From contig NC_043013.1 of the NCBI RefSeq assembly GCF_006345805.1, positions 46,686,001 to 46,750,000 on the forward strand: a DNA stretch of 64,000 nt. Direction: 5' to 3'. The first letter of the stretch is position 1. Each line of letters begins with the position of its first letter. A program made the position numbers and the translations under genes. Shown here piece by piece: positions 1 through 12,170 of the stretch. This DNA comes from Octopus sinensis. Lineage: Eukaryota. A model generated the notes under the pieces. That model searched no databases. It had not been told where the DNA came from and saw only the letters and a list, made by a program, of their open reading frames with translations.

Positions 1-250
1 CTGTCGTATATATGTATATATATATATAAGTGTGTGTGTGTGTGTGTTTGTGTGTCTGTGTTTGTCCCTCTAGCATTGCTTGACAACCGATGCTGGTGTG
101 TTTACGCCCCCGTCACTTAGCGGTTCGGCAAAACAGACCGATAGAATAAGTACTGGGCTTACAAAGACTAAGTCCCGGGGTCGATTTGCTCGACTAAAGG
201 CGCTGCTCCAGCATGGCCGCAGTCAAATGACTGAAACAATTAAAAAAAAA
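1..250 (+). mobile_element. tRNA-derived SINE family A, 3' half
   Basis: Matches full copies elsewhere in the window (GACAACCGATGCTGGTGTGTTTACG...CCAGCATGGCCGCAGTCAAATGACTGAAAC) and ends in an A-rich tail. Confidence 0.85.
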
Positions 251-737
251 TATATATATATATTAGATCTCCGTAGCAAATTCCAAGAACATCTTCCTCT
301 GATGATCCATTGCGCTCAGGCATCCAAATGTACTTGGAACATCCAATTCTGAGTTCCAAGTAATTACAATAAAGGAAACGTACTCAGGAATTAACAATGT
401 ATATTTGCGTTTATCTTCATCACTCTGTATGCTCTGTTTTCTCAAAATTAGTTATACTGATATTTAACGTGGGACTATAACCCGTACAGTAGTGGTCATA
501 TATTTAACTGAACACATACACAATATATATGTATTTCCTTTCAGTATTGATGGCCGGAAGAAAGTGTAGTAGAGTTTAAAGTTGTTTATTTTTTGGGGGC
601 GACTCAGTCTCTGGTTACTCCAAGGTTTGCCTATTAATGCACAGGATTTCCATGTAAGTTACGAGTAAAGGAATGATGGGATTTACTCCCTCTCTCTTTC
701 TCTCTTTCGCTCTCTCTCTATCTCTCACACCCACACA

Positions 738-1136
738 TGGCGGGCTTCTTTCAGTTTCCTATTTCTTTATTGCCCACAAGGGGCTAAACATAGAGGGGAC
801 AAACAAGGACAGACAAAGGGATTAAATTGATTGCATCGACTCCAGTGCGGAACTAGTACTTAATTTATCGATCCCGAAAGGATGAACGCCAAAGTCGACC
901 TCGGCAGAATTTGAACTCAGAGTGTAACGGCAGACGATATACCGCTAAGTATTTCGCCCGGCGCGTTAACGTTTCTGCCAGCTCGCCGCCCTTTCAGTTT
1001 CCATCGACCAAATTCATTCACAAGGCTTTGATTAACCCGAGGCTATATTAGAAGACACCCGCCCAAGGTTTCACACAGTGGGATTAAACCCAAGACCATG
1101 CGGTTGTAAAGCAAGCTTCTTACTCCATAGCCACTC
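738..1136 (-). mobile_element. SINE family A 5' half, interrupted by a family B SINE
   Basis: Reverse complement of the family A head, split at CTTTCAGTTTCC, which is duplicated at 748-759 and 991-1002. Confidence 0.8.
760..990 (-). mobile_element. tRNA-derived SINE family B (Nin/Sauria-like central domain), full copy
   Basis: Reverse complement of GGCGGCGAGCTGGCAGAAACGTTA...GAGTTCAAATT...CCCCTTGTGGGCAATAAAG, with Pol III A/B-box-like motifs and a ~12-bp TSD. Confidence 0.85.
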
Positions 1137-1846
1137 CAAGAAAAATTACGATATTGAAGGTAAAGTAAATAGGTTGAATAAAGTATCTTATCAGGGGTAC
1201 CGATTTCGTGGAATGGTAAGTAAATCAAAAGTATGTTTGAAATGGTTGATGGTAATGTCAGTAATAGTGGTAGATAAGATAAAGAAGTATAGATAAAAAG
1301 TGAAATAAAATCAATAAAATAATTAAAAGGATAATAAAAAATACAAACCTTTGGGAATGTCGGTGAGAATATTCAAAATATTGAAGAAATGTTTTTTAAA
1401 AATATGAAAGAAATATTGAAAAAATATTGAAAGATATTGAAAAAATGAAATATAGGTTGAAAACATTGAAGAGAAGTATTGAAAAAATGTTGAAAACGTT
1501 GAAAAAGTGTTGAAGGAATTGAAAAAAAATTATTAAATTATAAAAAATATAAAAATTATATGAAATGTAAATGTAAAACAGAATGGTAAAAAACGAAGAA
1601 AATGAGCAAAATTAAACAGAAATCAAAAGTACCAGACCTCTCTATAAAAACAAAAAATAAAATGTACGTAAGTTGAAATGTGGATACGGCAGGAGAAGAG
1701 AATAAGTAAATTATTAAGTAAATAAGATATATTGAGAATAATGGTTATAATGAAGGTAAGAAGAAATAGATAAACAAGTGATGATGATGATGATTATAAA
1801 TTATTTTCAGAGTGAGTAGTGAAGGTAGCAATATTAATGGTAATCA

Positions 1847-2025
1847 TAAGGCGGCGAGCAGGCCAGGATCGTTAGCAGGCCGGGGAAAATGCTTAGCGGC
1901 ATTTCGTCCGTCTTTATGTTCTGAGTTCAAATTCTACCGAGGTCGACTTTGTTCAGTGATGTCGATGTAATCGATACACCGTCTCCCCACGAACTTGTTG
2001 GTCTTCTGCCAAAATACGAAACCAA
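1847..2025 (+). mobile_element. SINE family B, degenerate
   Basis: AAGGCGGCGAGC...GTTCTGAGTTCAAATTCTACCGAGGTCGAC. Confidence 0.7.
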
Positions 2026-2574
2026 TATTAATGGTAGCCGAATAAAGAAAATGGTAAGAGTAGTGATTATTAATGATAATAATGGTTTCAAATTTTGGCT
2101 CAAGACCAGCAATATCGGAGTTGGGGTAAGTCGATTACATGGACTCCAGTACCTGACTGATACTGATATTAAAACAAAGTGGACCAAGGTGGAAATTTGT
2201 CTCCCTTACTCTTCTTTCTCTGCACAACCCTTCCCCCCCCCCACTATTTGCCTTTCCTTACCCGTTTCCTCTCTCCCACTTCCTTTTGACACCAAGGCAC
2301 CACCCTGTTTCTCATTTCACCCATCTGCCTGACCACTGACCGGTTCAAGCATTCTCTCTTGGGCTCTCGCCTTAGCATTCACTCTCAGCCCTGAGTTCAT
2401 CTTATTTTTCCACCTTTCATTCTACCCAATCCATTTCTTCCATTCTTCCACTCTTCTTTCTATCTTTCTTTCTCTCTACTTTCCTTTTCCTGTCATATAG
2501 GACATTTTCCCATTAGTGTTGCTTCTACACATGTCTACACGCCGTCTCATAGCCGAAAGGCCTTATATGTATAC

Positions 2575-2777
2575 TCTTTCTCTTACCCTTTTACTTGTTT
2601 CAGTCATTTGACTGCGGCCATGCTGGAGAACCGCCTTTAGTCGAGCAAATCGACCCCGGGACTTATTCATTGTAAGCCCAGTACTTACTCTATCGGTCTC
2701 TTTTGCCGAGCCGCTAAGTGACGGGGACGTAAACACACCAGCATCGGTTGTCAAGCAATGCTAGGGGTACAAACACA

Positions 2778-2830
<53 letters not shown>

Positions 2831-3010
2831 ATATATACATATATACGACAGGCTTCTTTCAGTTTCCGTCTACCAAATCCACTCACAAGGCATTGGTCGG
2901 CCCGAGGCTATAGCAGAAGACACTTGCCCAAGGTGCCACACAGTGGGACTGAACCCGGAACCATGTGGTTGGTTAGCAAGCTACTTACCACACAGCCACT
3001 CCTGCACCTA
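2575..3010 (-). mobile_element. SINE family A, full length with internal (TG)n/(TA)n
   Basis: On the minus strand: tRNA-like head (TGGCTGTGTGGTAAG...GGTTCAGTCCC), body, microsatellite linker, conserved 3' part and AAAAG tail. Confidence 0.9.
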
Positions 3011-4072
3011 CATTTACGTATAAACCAACTGTGTCGTTCTTCATTATGTCTTGTGTTCCATTCTATCATCATTTTTCGCTTCTTTATGTTTCCGTCACCG
3101 TCCTTACGTCCACTCACGTATCCCAGCGGTTTTTTTGCAGTGAACACTACCTTGACTAGATTGTCAAAGCCCTATATTAAACACAGAGGAAATCACTTGT
3201 GTTCACAATAGACAAGCTCACGCAGATATAGAACATAAGTGCGAAGAGCTTCCTCAGTATTCAACACGAACTCTAGCAGTGAGCTAAGCGATCATTACTA
3301 TTTCGTGTGCATGTGAATTACCTTCGTTATTCTCTCAAATTATACAAAGAACAATGGGTTTGAGAATTTGGATTTGTTGCTTTCGAGGCTAGAAATGATT
3401 TAGAAAGAATAAAAAAATAATTCTTTCTAATTTTGACACAAAGCTAGAATTTTGAGGGGAGGGATCGTCAGTTTCATCGGCATTTCCTTGACTGGTACTT
3501 ATATTATCGACTCTCGGGGTATAAGAGGCAAACTCTCAGGTAAAGAACCGGAAGAAATGCCTCTGAGTATTTTCTCCGGCGTGCTAACGGTTCTGTTAGC
3601 TCATCACCTTAAAGGCTGGAAATAATTATTACAGAATACGTAGAATATTTCTTGAAGGTTTCGGTACGAGAAAGCTTCTGTTGTAAATCCCGAAAGACGG
3701 TTTAAGTATTACTGGAAGAAAGTCTGAGTAACTGCTTTAGTATGTTACTAATAGACACGAGTTAACTTTTGAAAACAAATTTGTATCATCTAGTCACTTA
3801 GTCTGGTAACCAGTTTGATCAGGGTATTACACTGACATGGATTACCGTTCTATCCAGGACAATTTAGTCTTATCTATTTAACTTATCAGAAATCAGGTTT
3901 CTATGAGCCATTAGGCTTAAGAAAATATTTAATTTTCTGATGTGGCGCCATTAAAAATTCTTTGTTCTCAGAAAACGAAAAACACAGCTCCAGGTGTCAC
4001 TCAAACTGTTATATTTTATTCTTTAAGCATATATCTATATACACACATTCATACCCTTCATACCTACATGCA

Positions 4073-4087
4073 TATGTATATAGATAT

Positions 4088-4173
<86 letters not shown>

Positions 4174-4227
4174 TACATATATGATAGTATCTGTGTTTAT
4201 GTATGTATGCGTATGTATGCATGTGTG

Positions 4228-4261
<34 letters not shown>

Positions 4262-4460
4262 ATATACACATACATATATATATGTATATATGTATGTATG
4301 TATGTATCTATCTATCTTTCTATCTATCTATACAGAGATTACTCTATTTCTCTCTTTTTCTCTATCCTTTATATACACACACACATATACACACACGCAC
4401 ACACGCACACAAATACACACACACACACACACACACACCACACACACACACACGCAAACA
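4073..4460. repeat. Compound (TA)n/(TATG)n/(CA)n microsatellite
   Basis: Directly visible. Confidence 0.95.
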
Positions 4461-4569
4461 TATACACCTACAGAGCTACGAAAAGTGATTGTCACTTCTT
4501 TCTTTCACTGGTACTAATTTTATGAACGCAGAGAAAGGCTTCGAGAGAGGATTTCGGTTTTTTCTTATA

Positions 4570-5810
4570 GTCTCTTGATAGTGAGAGAAGTGGTAAAATC
4601 GGCAGAGCACTGAACAAAATATCACATGGTATTCAATTATGTTCCTTTACGTTCTACAGTCAAATAATACCGACGTTGACCACATCTCATTGTTTCGATA
4701 TAAACAAAACCGATCGAATACTGGACATTGATCGAAATATATACAAACCCACTGCACCATCAAAATTGTCATTGTGTCTGTGGGAGATCATTATTTCATT
4801 TGAACAGTTAATACAGATTTAAATGCAAACAACGGGAGTTGTATTTGTTGCTTGATCGACAGAATCGTTAAAGTATCTAACAGAAATCCTTGCGGCCTTA
4901 GTTGGTTTCGGTTCTTCATGTTCTGAGTTCGAAAGCCACTGAAGACAACTTTATCTTTCTGGGTGCACAATTTGATGTCTGTCCATTATATCGATTCCAG
5001 TTATTGACTGGTATTTTGTCCTTGGAAGAGTAAAAGAACAATTGTATAAAGTCAAATTTGTAGTTAGCGGAACTTGAACCCTGAACGTAAAGAACCGGAA
5101 GAAATGGCACAAAGTTTTTCGCCCTACGTGCAAACAATTCTGTCTGTTGGTCACATTTAAGATGTGTTGTAATATTATTATTAGAGATATCCTTTCGGGG
5201 TCGACAGAATAAGCACCAGGTGAACACTGGGATCGATGTAATCGATTTATGCTTTCCCCCGAAAGTCCTGGCCTTGTGCCAAAATTTGAAACCAGTATTA
5301 TTAGTATAGAGAAGGTGGTGAGCTGGCAGAATCGCTAGCACGCCGAGGAAAATGCATAGCGCCATTTTTGAGTTTAAATTTCGCAAAGATCGAGTTTGCT
5401 TTCGTCCTTTCGGGGTCGATAAAATAAGTACCGGTTGAGGACTGAGGTCGATGTAATCGACTAGCCCCACCATCAGCTTTTCAGGCCTTGTGCCCATGCT
5501 AGAAAGTATTATTATAATTAAGGCGACATGCCGTCGGAATCGTTACTGCGCCGGGCAAAATGCTTTGCGAAGTTTTTTCTGACTTTACATTCTCAGTTCA
5601 AATGCTGCCGGGTTCGTCTTTGCTTTTCATCCCTTTTAGAGTTGATAAAATAATTACCAGCTGAACACTGGGGTCGATGTAACCAGCTTAGCCCACTCCA
5701 AAATTGTTGGCCCCGTGCCAGAATTTGAAACCAATCTTCTTATAATCAAGGCGGCAAGCTTACTGAATTGTTAACACACCGAACGAAAGGCTTAGCGACA
5801 TTTCGTCTTA
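4570..5810. mobile_element. Cluster of about six degenerate family B SINE copies, mostly + strand
   Basis: Repeated AAGGCGG/GAGTTCAAAT/GGGGTCGATGTAATCGAC/TTGTGCCAAAATTTGAAAC motifs. Confidence 0.7.
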
Positions 5811-5814
5811 TTTA

Positions 5815-5942
5815 CACTGTTTACATTATTTACATTTGACGGATATTTGTCCTCATCTTGTTTGTTGTTAACACAACGTTTCGGCTGATATACCCTCCAG
5901 CTTTCATCGGGTGTCTTTGGGAAGTTATTATTATTATTATTA

Positions 5943-6038
<96 letters not shown>

Positions 6039-6185
6039 CAACAACATCGAAAAATACCTTAGGAATGAGAACTCAGGTTCCAAATTTTTCCAAGACACCA
6101 GAAGAAGGCTAGAGGGTATATCGGCCGAAACGTTGTGTTAACAACAAACAAGATGAGGACAAATATCCATTGAATGTAAACATTT
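5815..6185. mobile_element. Penelope-like inverted terminal-repeat pair around (TTA)n/(TAA)n, with degenerate hammerhead cores
   Basis: 5821-5920 is the reverse complement of 6090-6180. Cores are CCGATGA..GAAA (minus) and CAGAAGA..GAAA (plus). Confidence 0.7.
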
Positions 6186-6410
6186 TGTCTGTCTTTACCG
6201 TCTGCGTTCAAATTCCGCTGAAGTCGACTTTACCTTTCGTGCTTTTGAGGTCGATAAAAAAAAGCTACAAGCTAAGCACTTGGGGCGATGTAATCGACTT
6301 ACTCCCTCTCCTGGCCTTGTACGAAAATTCGAAACCAATATTATTATTACAGTCTTTTTTGTTATTTATTTACAATGCACGAATGGCTGTCCTCACCCTT
6401 GTTTGCTTCT

Positions 6411-6457
6411 TTCACAACATTTCGGCTGATGTACTCTCCAGCCTTCATCAGGTGTTC
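6411..6457 (-). ncRNA. Minimal type I hammerhead ribozyme motif (inverted copy)
   Basis: Minus strand reads CAC-CUGAUGA-A-GGCUG...CAGCC-GAAA-UGUU-GUG. Confidence 0.55.
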
Positions 6458-6774
6458 TGGTGGAATTTCGAATCGACCCTTTATTTGACTAGTGGGGTAT
6501 TCTGTTCTCATTCCTAAGGCATTCTTTTTGCTGATGTAATTTTTGGTTGGTATTATTTCCCAAATCCCTGCCTGGGATTGATCACAGAATCCAAGGGTTA
6601 GCAGCCCGCGCTCTTATCCACTACGCTACTAACTCTCGGATTCTGAGCTCAATCCCAGGCAGGGACTTAGGAAAGGATACTAACAAAAAATAACATCAGC
6701 AAAAAAGAATACCTTAGGAATGAGAACAGAGTACCCCATTAGTCAAATAAAGGGCTGGGTTCGAAATTCCACCT

Positions 6775-6820
6775 GAACACCTGATGAAGGCTGGAGAGTA
6801 CATCAGCCGAAACGTTGTGG
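6775..6820 (+). ncRNA. Minimal type I hammerhead ribozyme motif
   Basis: CAC-CUGAUGA-A-GGCUG-gagaguacau-CAGCC-GAAA-CGUU-GUG, with a palindromic ACGU helix III. Confidence 0.65.
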
Positions 6821-6959
6821 AAACAAGAACACGATGAGGACACCTATTCGTCCATTGTAAATAATGCACATAAGTCCTCATCTCTAAAATACAGAGTAAT
6901 CTGTTTTGTTGTTTTATAAGATGATTTTATTTGAATATTTACATTAACCCTTTGAAATA

Positions 6960-7163
6960 TGAATACGCTTTAGAGGACACGATATCGTTTGGTGACACCA
7001 CTAGAAGAGGCAGAAGCGAATGACCACATGGTTTTGTGTTTACGGTTGAAAATAAAAATCTTTCTGCCAATTAGCGAGCCGTACTCCTAAAACCATGTAG
7101 CCACTCGCTTTCTTGTCTTTCATGGGTACAACCAAACGAAATAACCTCTGCTAAAGCATACTC
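6960..7163. repeat. Imperfect ~200-bp fold-back (MITE-like)
   Basis: Nested inverted matches GCTTTAG/CTAAAGC, CGTTTGGT/ACCAAACG and CATGGTTTT/AAAACCATG. Confidence 0.55.
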
Positions 7164-7192
7164 TTGTGTTCAGAGATCTAAACCATTGAAAT

Positions 7193-7194
<2 letters not shown>

Positions 7195-7239
<45 letters not shown>

Positions 7240-7446
7240 GTGTGTGTGGTGTGTGTGTGTTGTGTGTGTGTGTGTGTGTGCGTGCGTACGTATGTGCACA
7301 CGCATGTGCGCATGCGTGTTTGTGTGTATGTATGTGCATATATATATATATATATACATATATATACATATATAGATATATATAGATATATAGATATATA
7401 TATATATATATATACATATATAGATATATAAACATATATATATCTG

Positions 7447-7478
<32 letters not shown>

Positions 7479-7640
7479 TATTATATATATATATATCCAT
7501 ATGTAAATCTCTATCTGTCTATTTAGATATGTGTGCATAAGTGTATATATATATATGCGCGCGCGTATGTGTACGTGTATATATGAGTATATGAGTACGT
7601 ACACGTGCACGCGCTCACGTGTATACATACATATATACAC
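7195..7640. repeat. (TG)n/(TA)n compound microsatellite
   Basis: Directly visible. Confidence 0.95.
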
Positions 7641-8499
7641 TCATATAGGTATTTTGCGTTCGTGAACCATGGCCAAACATCCTCTCGTAGTTCGAAAACG
7701 CTGCAATGAGAAATTACAATGTTGTACTGATTCTCGTTAATCTGTGTCGGCTTTTCATTGGTTATTCATGTAGAAGAAGGACCACTGGCAGAATAAAATT
7801 TATAAAATTAACATAGTGAAAGAAAAGATTATCTATTCGGGGAGCAGAATGGACAATGGGAAAAGCTTGGACGCTAGAATGGAAACTAGCATGTATATTT
7901 TAAGTGCGTGCATATTTGATGCTTATTTGCAACGTTGCTTTCTTTCCTGAATGCCCTTACCAATATATAAATGGAAATTTAGTGGACGAGTGAAGAACTT
8001 CTCAGCTGTTGTATATAAAGATGAATAAGTTTCTGTTAAAGAAATATTAACCTCCTTGCAGCTAGCTTGGCTTTGCGCAAGTTACGCTTGGGCAGTTTAG
8101 AATCTTAATTCTCTCGATCAACGAATCAAGCCTTATGTTAAAAACATGGTATTGGTATAAATTGTTGCTTAATCTAAAAGTATTGCTGCCTGGAAGATAA
8201 ATCTATTAAATTTTGAGATTAAGATGAAACAGTTTATTTCAGAAGTGAACCTTGTGCCAGCATGAAACCAAGAACATAAATTATTGCCTTAATATATAGT
8301 TTATTGGTTTGAAATAACGTAGAGCAAGGATGACCAAACGCATGTAATGTAAGAACTTCATAAGATAAACTCCATATATTTGAGATCCGCAAGACACTGA
8401 AAAACATCACGTTTTTATTGTTGTACATTACATCTCGATGTTAAAATTTTCTATAGATATTAAGAAAAACACGAATGTAATAATATGTATTCAAATATT

Positions 8500-8868
8500 T
8501 ATTAGGTTGTTAGACAAATTCGTTCGCTTTTTTTCTTCCTCGTTTTATTTGAATTCTTTTTCCTCATCCACTTTACTCTCCCGATCTTGCTCCTTCAGAC
8601 TACCATTTGTTTCGTAGTTTACAGAATCATTTGGGGGACATAAATTTCGCAAGCCAGGAGGAGGTCTCAACTGACATTTCAGAGTTCTTCGCTTTGAAAC
8701 CAAAACAGTTTTACATTGATGGGATAAAAAAAGCTTGTAAATAGATGGAAGGAAGTCATAGATAATCAGGGAAAGTACATTGATGATTAAATTTCAATTA
8801 AATATAACATTTGATCACTTGTTATCTTTATTCAAAATTCGGACAAAACTTATGGGATGACCTGATAC
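8500..8868 (+). mobile_element. Internally deleted mariner relic (transposase C-terminus)
   Basis: 8562-8790 translates to PHPLYSPDLAPSDYHLFRSLQNHL...FYIDGI(fs)KLVNRWKEVIDNQGKYIDD*, carrying the mariner YSPDLAP motif. Ends are TIR-like (TATTAGGTTG.../...TGACCTGATA). Confidence 0.85.
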
Positions 8869-9092
8869 TAAGCTGTGACCATTCACGCAGTGCACCCTTA
8901 TCTTTCACCACACCATAATTACGTCATCAGTCCTTTGATATTCCACTGTAGCCATCGCTGATCTAAAGGAATTTTAATCCGTCTGTCCGCAACTCAATTC
9001 TATCCTTTATCACTAAAGAAAAAGTTTCGCACAGACGTCACACGTTAAAATTAAGATTTGAATTCTTCAGTATTTTAATAAGATTGAACATA

Positions 9093-9485
9093 GCTCTGTG
9101 GTAAGAAGGTTGCTTCCCAACTACATGATCATGCTTCCGGGTTCAGTCCCACTGCAAGGCATCTTGGATAAATGTCTTCTAATATAGCTTTGGGCCCACC
9201 AATGCCTTGTGAGGGGATTTGGTAAAAGGAAACTCAAGGAAGCCCGTCACACACACACACACAAACACTTTTTATATCTGTGTGTATGTATTTGTCCTGC
9301 ACCACCACTTGACAACCGGTGTTGGTATGTTTACACTCCGTAATTTAACGATTTCACAAAAGAGACTTATAGAATAACTACCAGGCTTTAAAATGTACTA
9401 GGGTTGATTTGTCTGACCAAAACCTCTTCAAGGCGGTGCCCAGCATAGCCGCCATCTTATGACTGAAACAAGTAAAAGATAAATG
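9093..9485 (+). mobile_element. SINE family A, diverged copy
   Basis: CTGTGGTAAGAAG...GGGTTCAGTCCCACTG...GACTGAAACAAGTAAAAGA. Confidence 0.8.
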
Positions 9486-10102
9486 ATCAAAATATGTATT
9501 AACTCAATGAGTTTCAGGACCATAAATTAGAATTTCTTTATTAATTACCTTTTATATTAATTGTTCTACTAATATATTTTCCTGATATACAAATTACATT
9601 CAAGGAGCTTCAAACAGACTCCAGTAATGTTATTGTATGAAATTTTACAAAATCATTATGAAGGAGTTATGCTAAAACTATGAAAACGTGCAGGTATTAA
9701 TTTCGACACCTCTTATTAATTATTGCTTTGTTTCTTTCCAGGTAAACTGACAATTGTATGTTCAAAGAAGACTTCAAAAGTAACTAGTGGCAACTTCTCT
9801 AGAAAACGGACAAAGTTTGGCATTATGGTGTTATCAAGGACATTCATGGTGACATGCTTGCCACATTAGGGGATAATTGCTCAAGCTTTAGTAAACAGTG
9901 CAAAAGGGGACAACTGAATTTAGGAGAGGAATGGAGAACCTTCAAGATGACCTAAGGTCTAGACATAACCAAGGAAAACATTGATCATGTTCACCACATG
10001 ATGACAGAGATGACAGGTGGGGTTGACAATATATTAAAGTGCCAATGCTATTGGAATATCATATGAGGCAGTTGAGAATATTCTGCACCATGGACTTGGA
10101 AT

Positions 10103-10353
10103 TACTCTTTTACTTGTTTCAGTCATTTGACTGTGGCCATGCTGGAGCACCGCCTTTAGTCGAGCAAATCGACCCCAGGACTTATTCTTTGTAAGCCTAG
10201 TACTTATTCTATCGGTCTCTTTTGCCGAACTGCTAAGTTACGGGGACGTAAACACACCAGCATCGGTTGTCGAGCGATGTTGGGGGGACAAACACAGACA
10301 CATAAATATTCATACACACACACACACACACACACACCACACACACACACACG

Positions 10354-10399
<46 letters not shown>

Positions 10400-10551
10400 T
10401 ACGACAGACTTCTTTCAGTTTCCGTCTACCAAATCCACTCACAAGTCTTTGGTCGGCCCAAGGCTATAGTAGAAGACACTTGCTTAAGGTGACACGCAGT
10501 GGGACTGAACCCGGAACCATATGGTTCGTTAGCAAGTAACTTACCACACAG
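10103..10551 (-). mobile_element. SINE family A inserted in mariner
   Basis: Near-consensus family A reverse complement that splits the transposase just before the WVPRLL motif. Confidence 0.9.
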
Positions 10552-11255
10552 GCGAAGGTTTGTGCTCGATGGGTTCCACGTCTTTTGACACCTGATCAAA
10601 ATTGCACCAAGTTGGTAATTCTGACATTGTTTGGGGCAGATCCAGCAGGCTTCCTTCAACGTTTACTAACGAAGGATGAATGTTGGGTTCAACCCTTTGA
10701 ACCAGAGACAAAGAGACAATCCATGCAGTGGATACCCCGCTACTCACCTGTTCCAAAGAAGACCATGGTCGTTTCATCGGCAAAGAAAGTAGGTGATAGC
10801 CTCAGTTGTTTAGGACGCAAAAGGCATTGTGTTTATTGACTATTTTCAAAAGGTACACAAGAACAATGGAGAGTACTATGCCAACTTGCTGAGGAAGTTA
10901 AGAAAGGTTATCTAAACTCCAAGAAATGTGCCCAAGAAAACTGACGAAAGGGGTCTAGTTTTCCTCAGGACAATGCTTTAGGACACAAACTCTTGGTTTC
11001 ATTGACTGCAGTGTGTGTTTCTGGCTTTGAACCGGTTGATCACCTATTCTCCTGATTAAGACCCACCTAATTATCATCTGTTCCCCAACATAACACCACC
11101 TCACTTAACCGGGAACCAGTATCGCAGTGAAGACAACCTCATATCTGCTATTGACCAACTTTGACTTTTTTGACCAACGGGTTGGAGGCTTCTTAACTAA
11201 TGCAATCCAAGCACTGCAGCACCGAGGGATGAAGTGTGACTATATTGAAAAATAA

Positions 11256-11484
11256 GGCGGCGAGCTGGCAGAATCGTTAGCACGGACGAAATGCTTAGTG
11301 GTATTTCGTCTGTCGTTACGTTCTGAGTTCAAATTCCGCCGAGGTCGACTTTGCCTTTCATCCTTTCGGGGTCGATAAATAAAGTACCAGTTTCACACTG
11401 GGGGTCGATGTAATCGACTTAATCTCTTTGTCTGTCCTTGTTTGTCCCCTCTATGTTTAGCCCCTTGTGGGCAATAAAGAAATA
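11256..11484 (+). mobile_element. SINE family B with 15-bp TSD
   Basis: TATATTGAAAAATAA duplicated at 11241-11255 and 11485-11499. Confidence 0.9.
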
Positions 11485-11764
11485 TATATTGAAAAATAAA
11501 CCTGATTTGGTCACATTCAATGAAAGTATCTAAGTCATCATACTAACTTTTCAACCGACCCTCGTTATGTGCTACAAAAGAATTGATAGTGAAATGGTTA
11601 CTAATATACCTGATCTATTTAAGAAACATTTTTGAAACATTTTTGATTAAAATTGCATCTATAAGGATGAAAAGAAACCAGTATTTCAATGACTCATGGT
11701 GAAGAAAGACAGGGTAGACAACCTCGGATGCTATGATATAACATAAGTTAGTTCATTAGTGTCC

Positions 11765-12170
11765 GATGGCATCACTTTGTCTCCAACAATTCGGTGCGAC
11801 ACCAGTGCAAAATCACCTTCCTCAGACGAGTCATCCTAACGAGGCGTCTGCGTTGGCTGGGTCATGCTCTCCGTTGTCAACCAGGAGAATTCATCTGCGA
11901 AGCAATTGCCCCAGCTCCCCTTCAGGGTTGACGAAAGCGTCGTGGTGGACAACGAAAAACCTGGCTGATGACGGTCAAGGCTGATCTGGAACCCAACCTA
12001 GGACCCCATATCTACGGCGTTCGCCACTGGAATAAGGAGTGGTTGGAGATCACGCGGTCGTTAGCTTCAAATCGCCAGGCCTGGTCGGCGTTTGTGAGAG
12101 ATGCAGCGTTGAGGATGAATGAAGCCAGCTCAACCCACCCCGGGTGAATGCTGTAAGAAGAAGAAGAATT
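11765..12170 (+). mobile_element. RTE-clade LINE 3' fragment
   Basis: RRLRWLGHALR and WWTTK..DLEP..GP remnants. The 3' end CAACCCACCCCGGGTGAATG plus (GAA)n tail resembles the end of the 39005-39786 copy. Confidence 0.7.

Larger units (their letters stand above)
6362..6896. mobile_element. Inverted duplication of a tRNA-headed, hammerhead-bearing Penelope-like/SINE element
   Basis: Arms 6366-6600 and 6630-6864 are reverse complements. There is a tRNA-like head at the centre and a CTGATGA..GAAA core in each arm. Confidence 0.75.
9657..11567 (+). pseudogene. Decayed mariner transposase element with two nested SINEs
   Basis: Remnant motifs KVCARWVPRLLTPDQ (10555-), TKDECWV..FEPETKRQSMQW, QDNA and PYSPD..PxYHLFP. 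Right TIR AACTTTTCAACCGACCCTCGT at ~11545-11565. The left boundary is uncertain. Confidence 0.85.
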
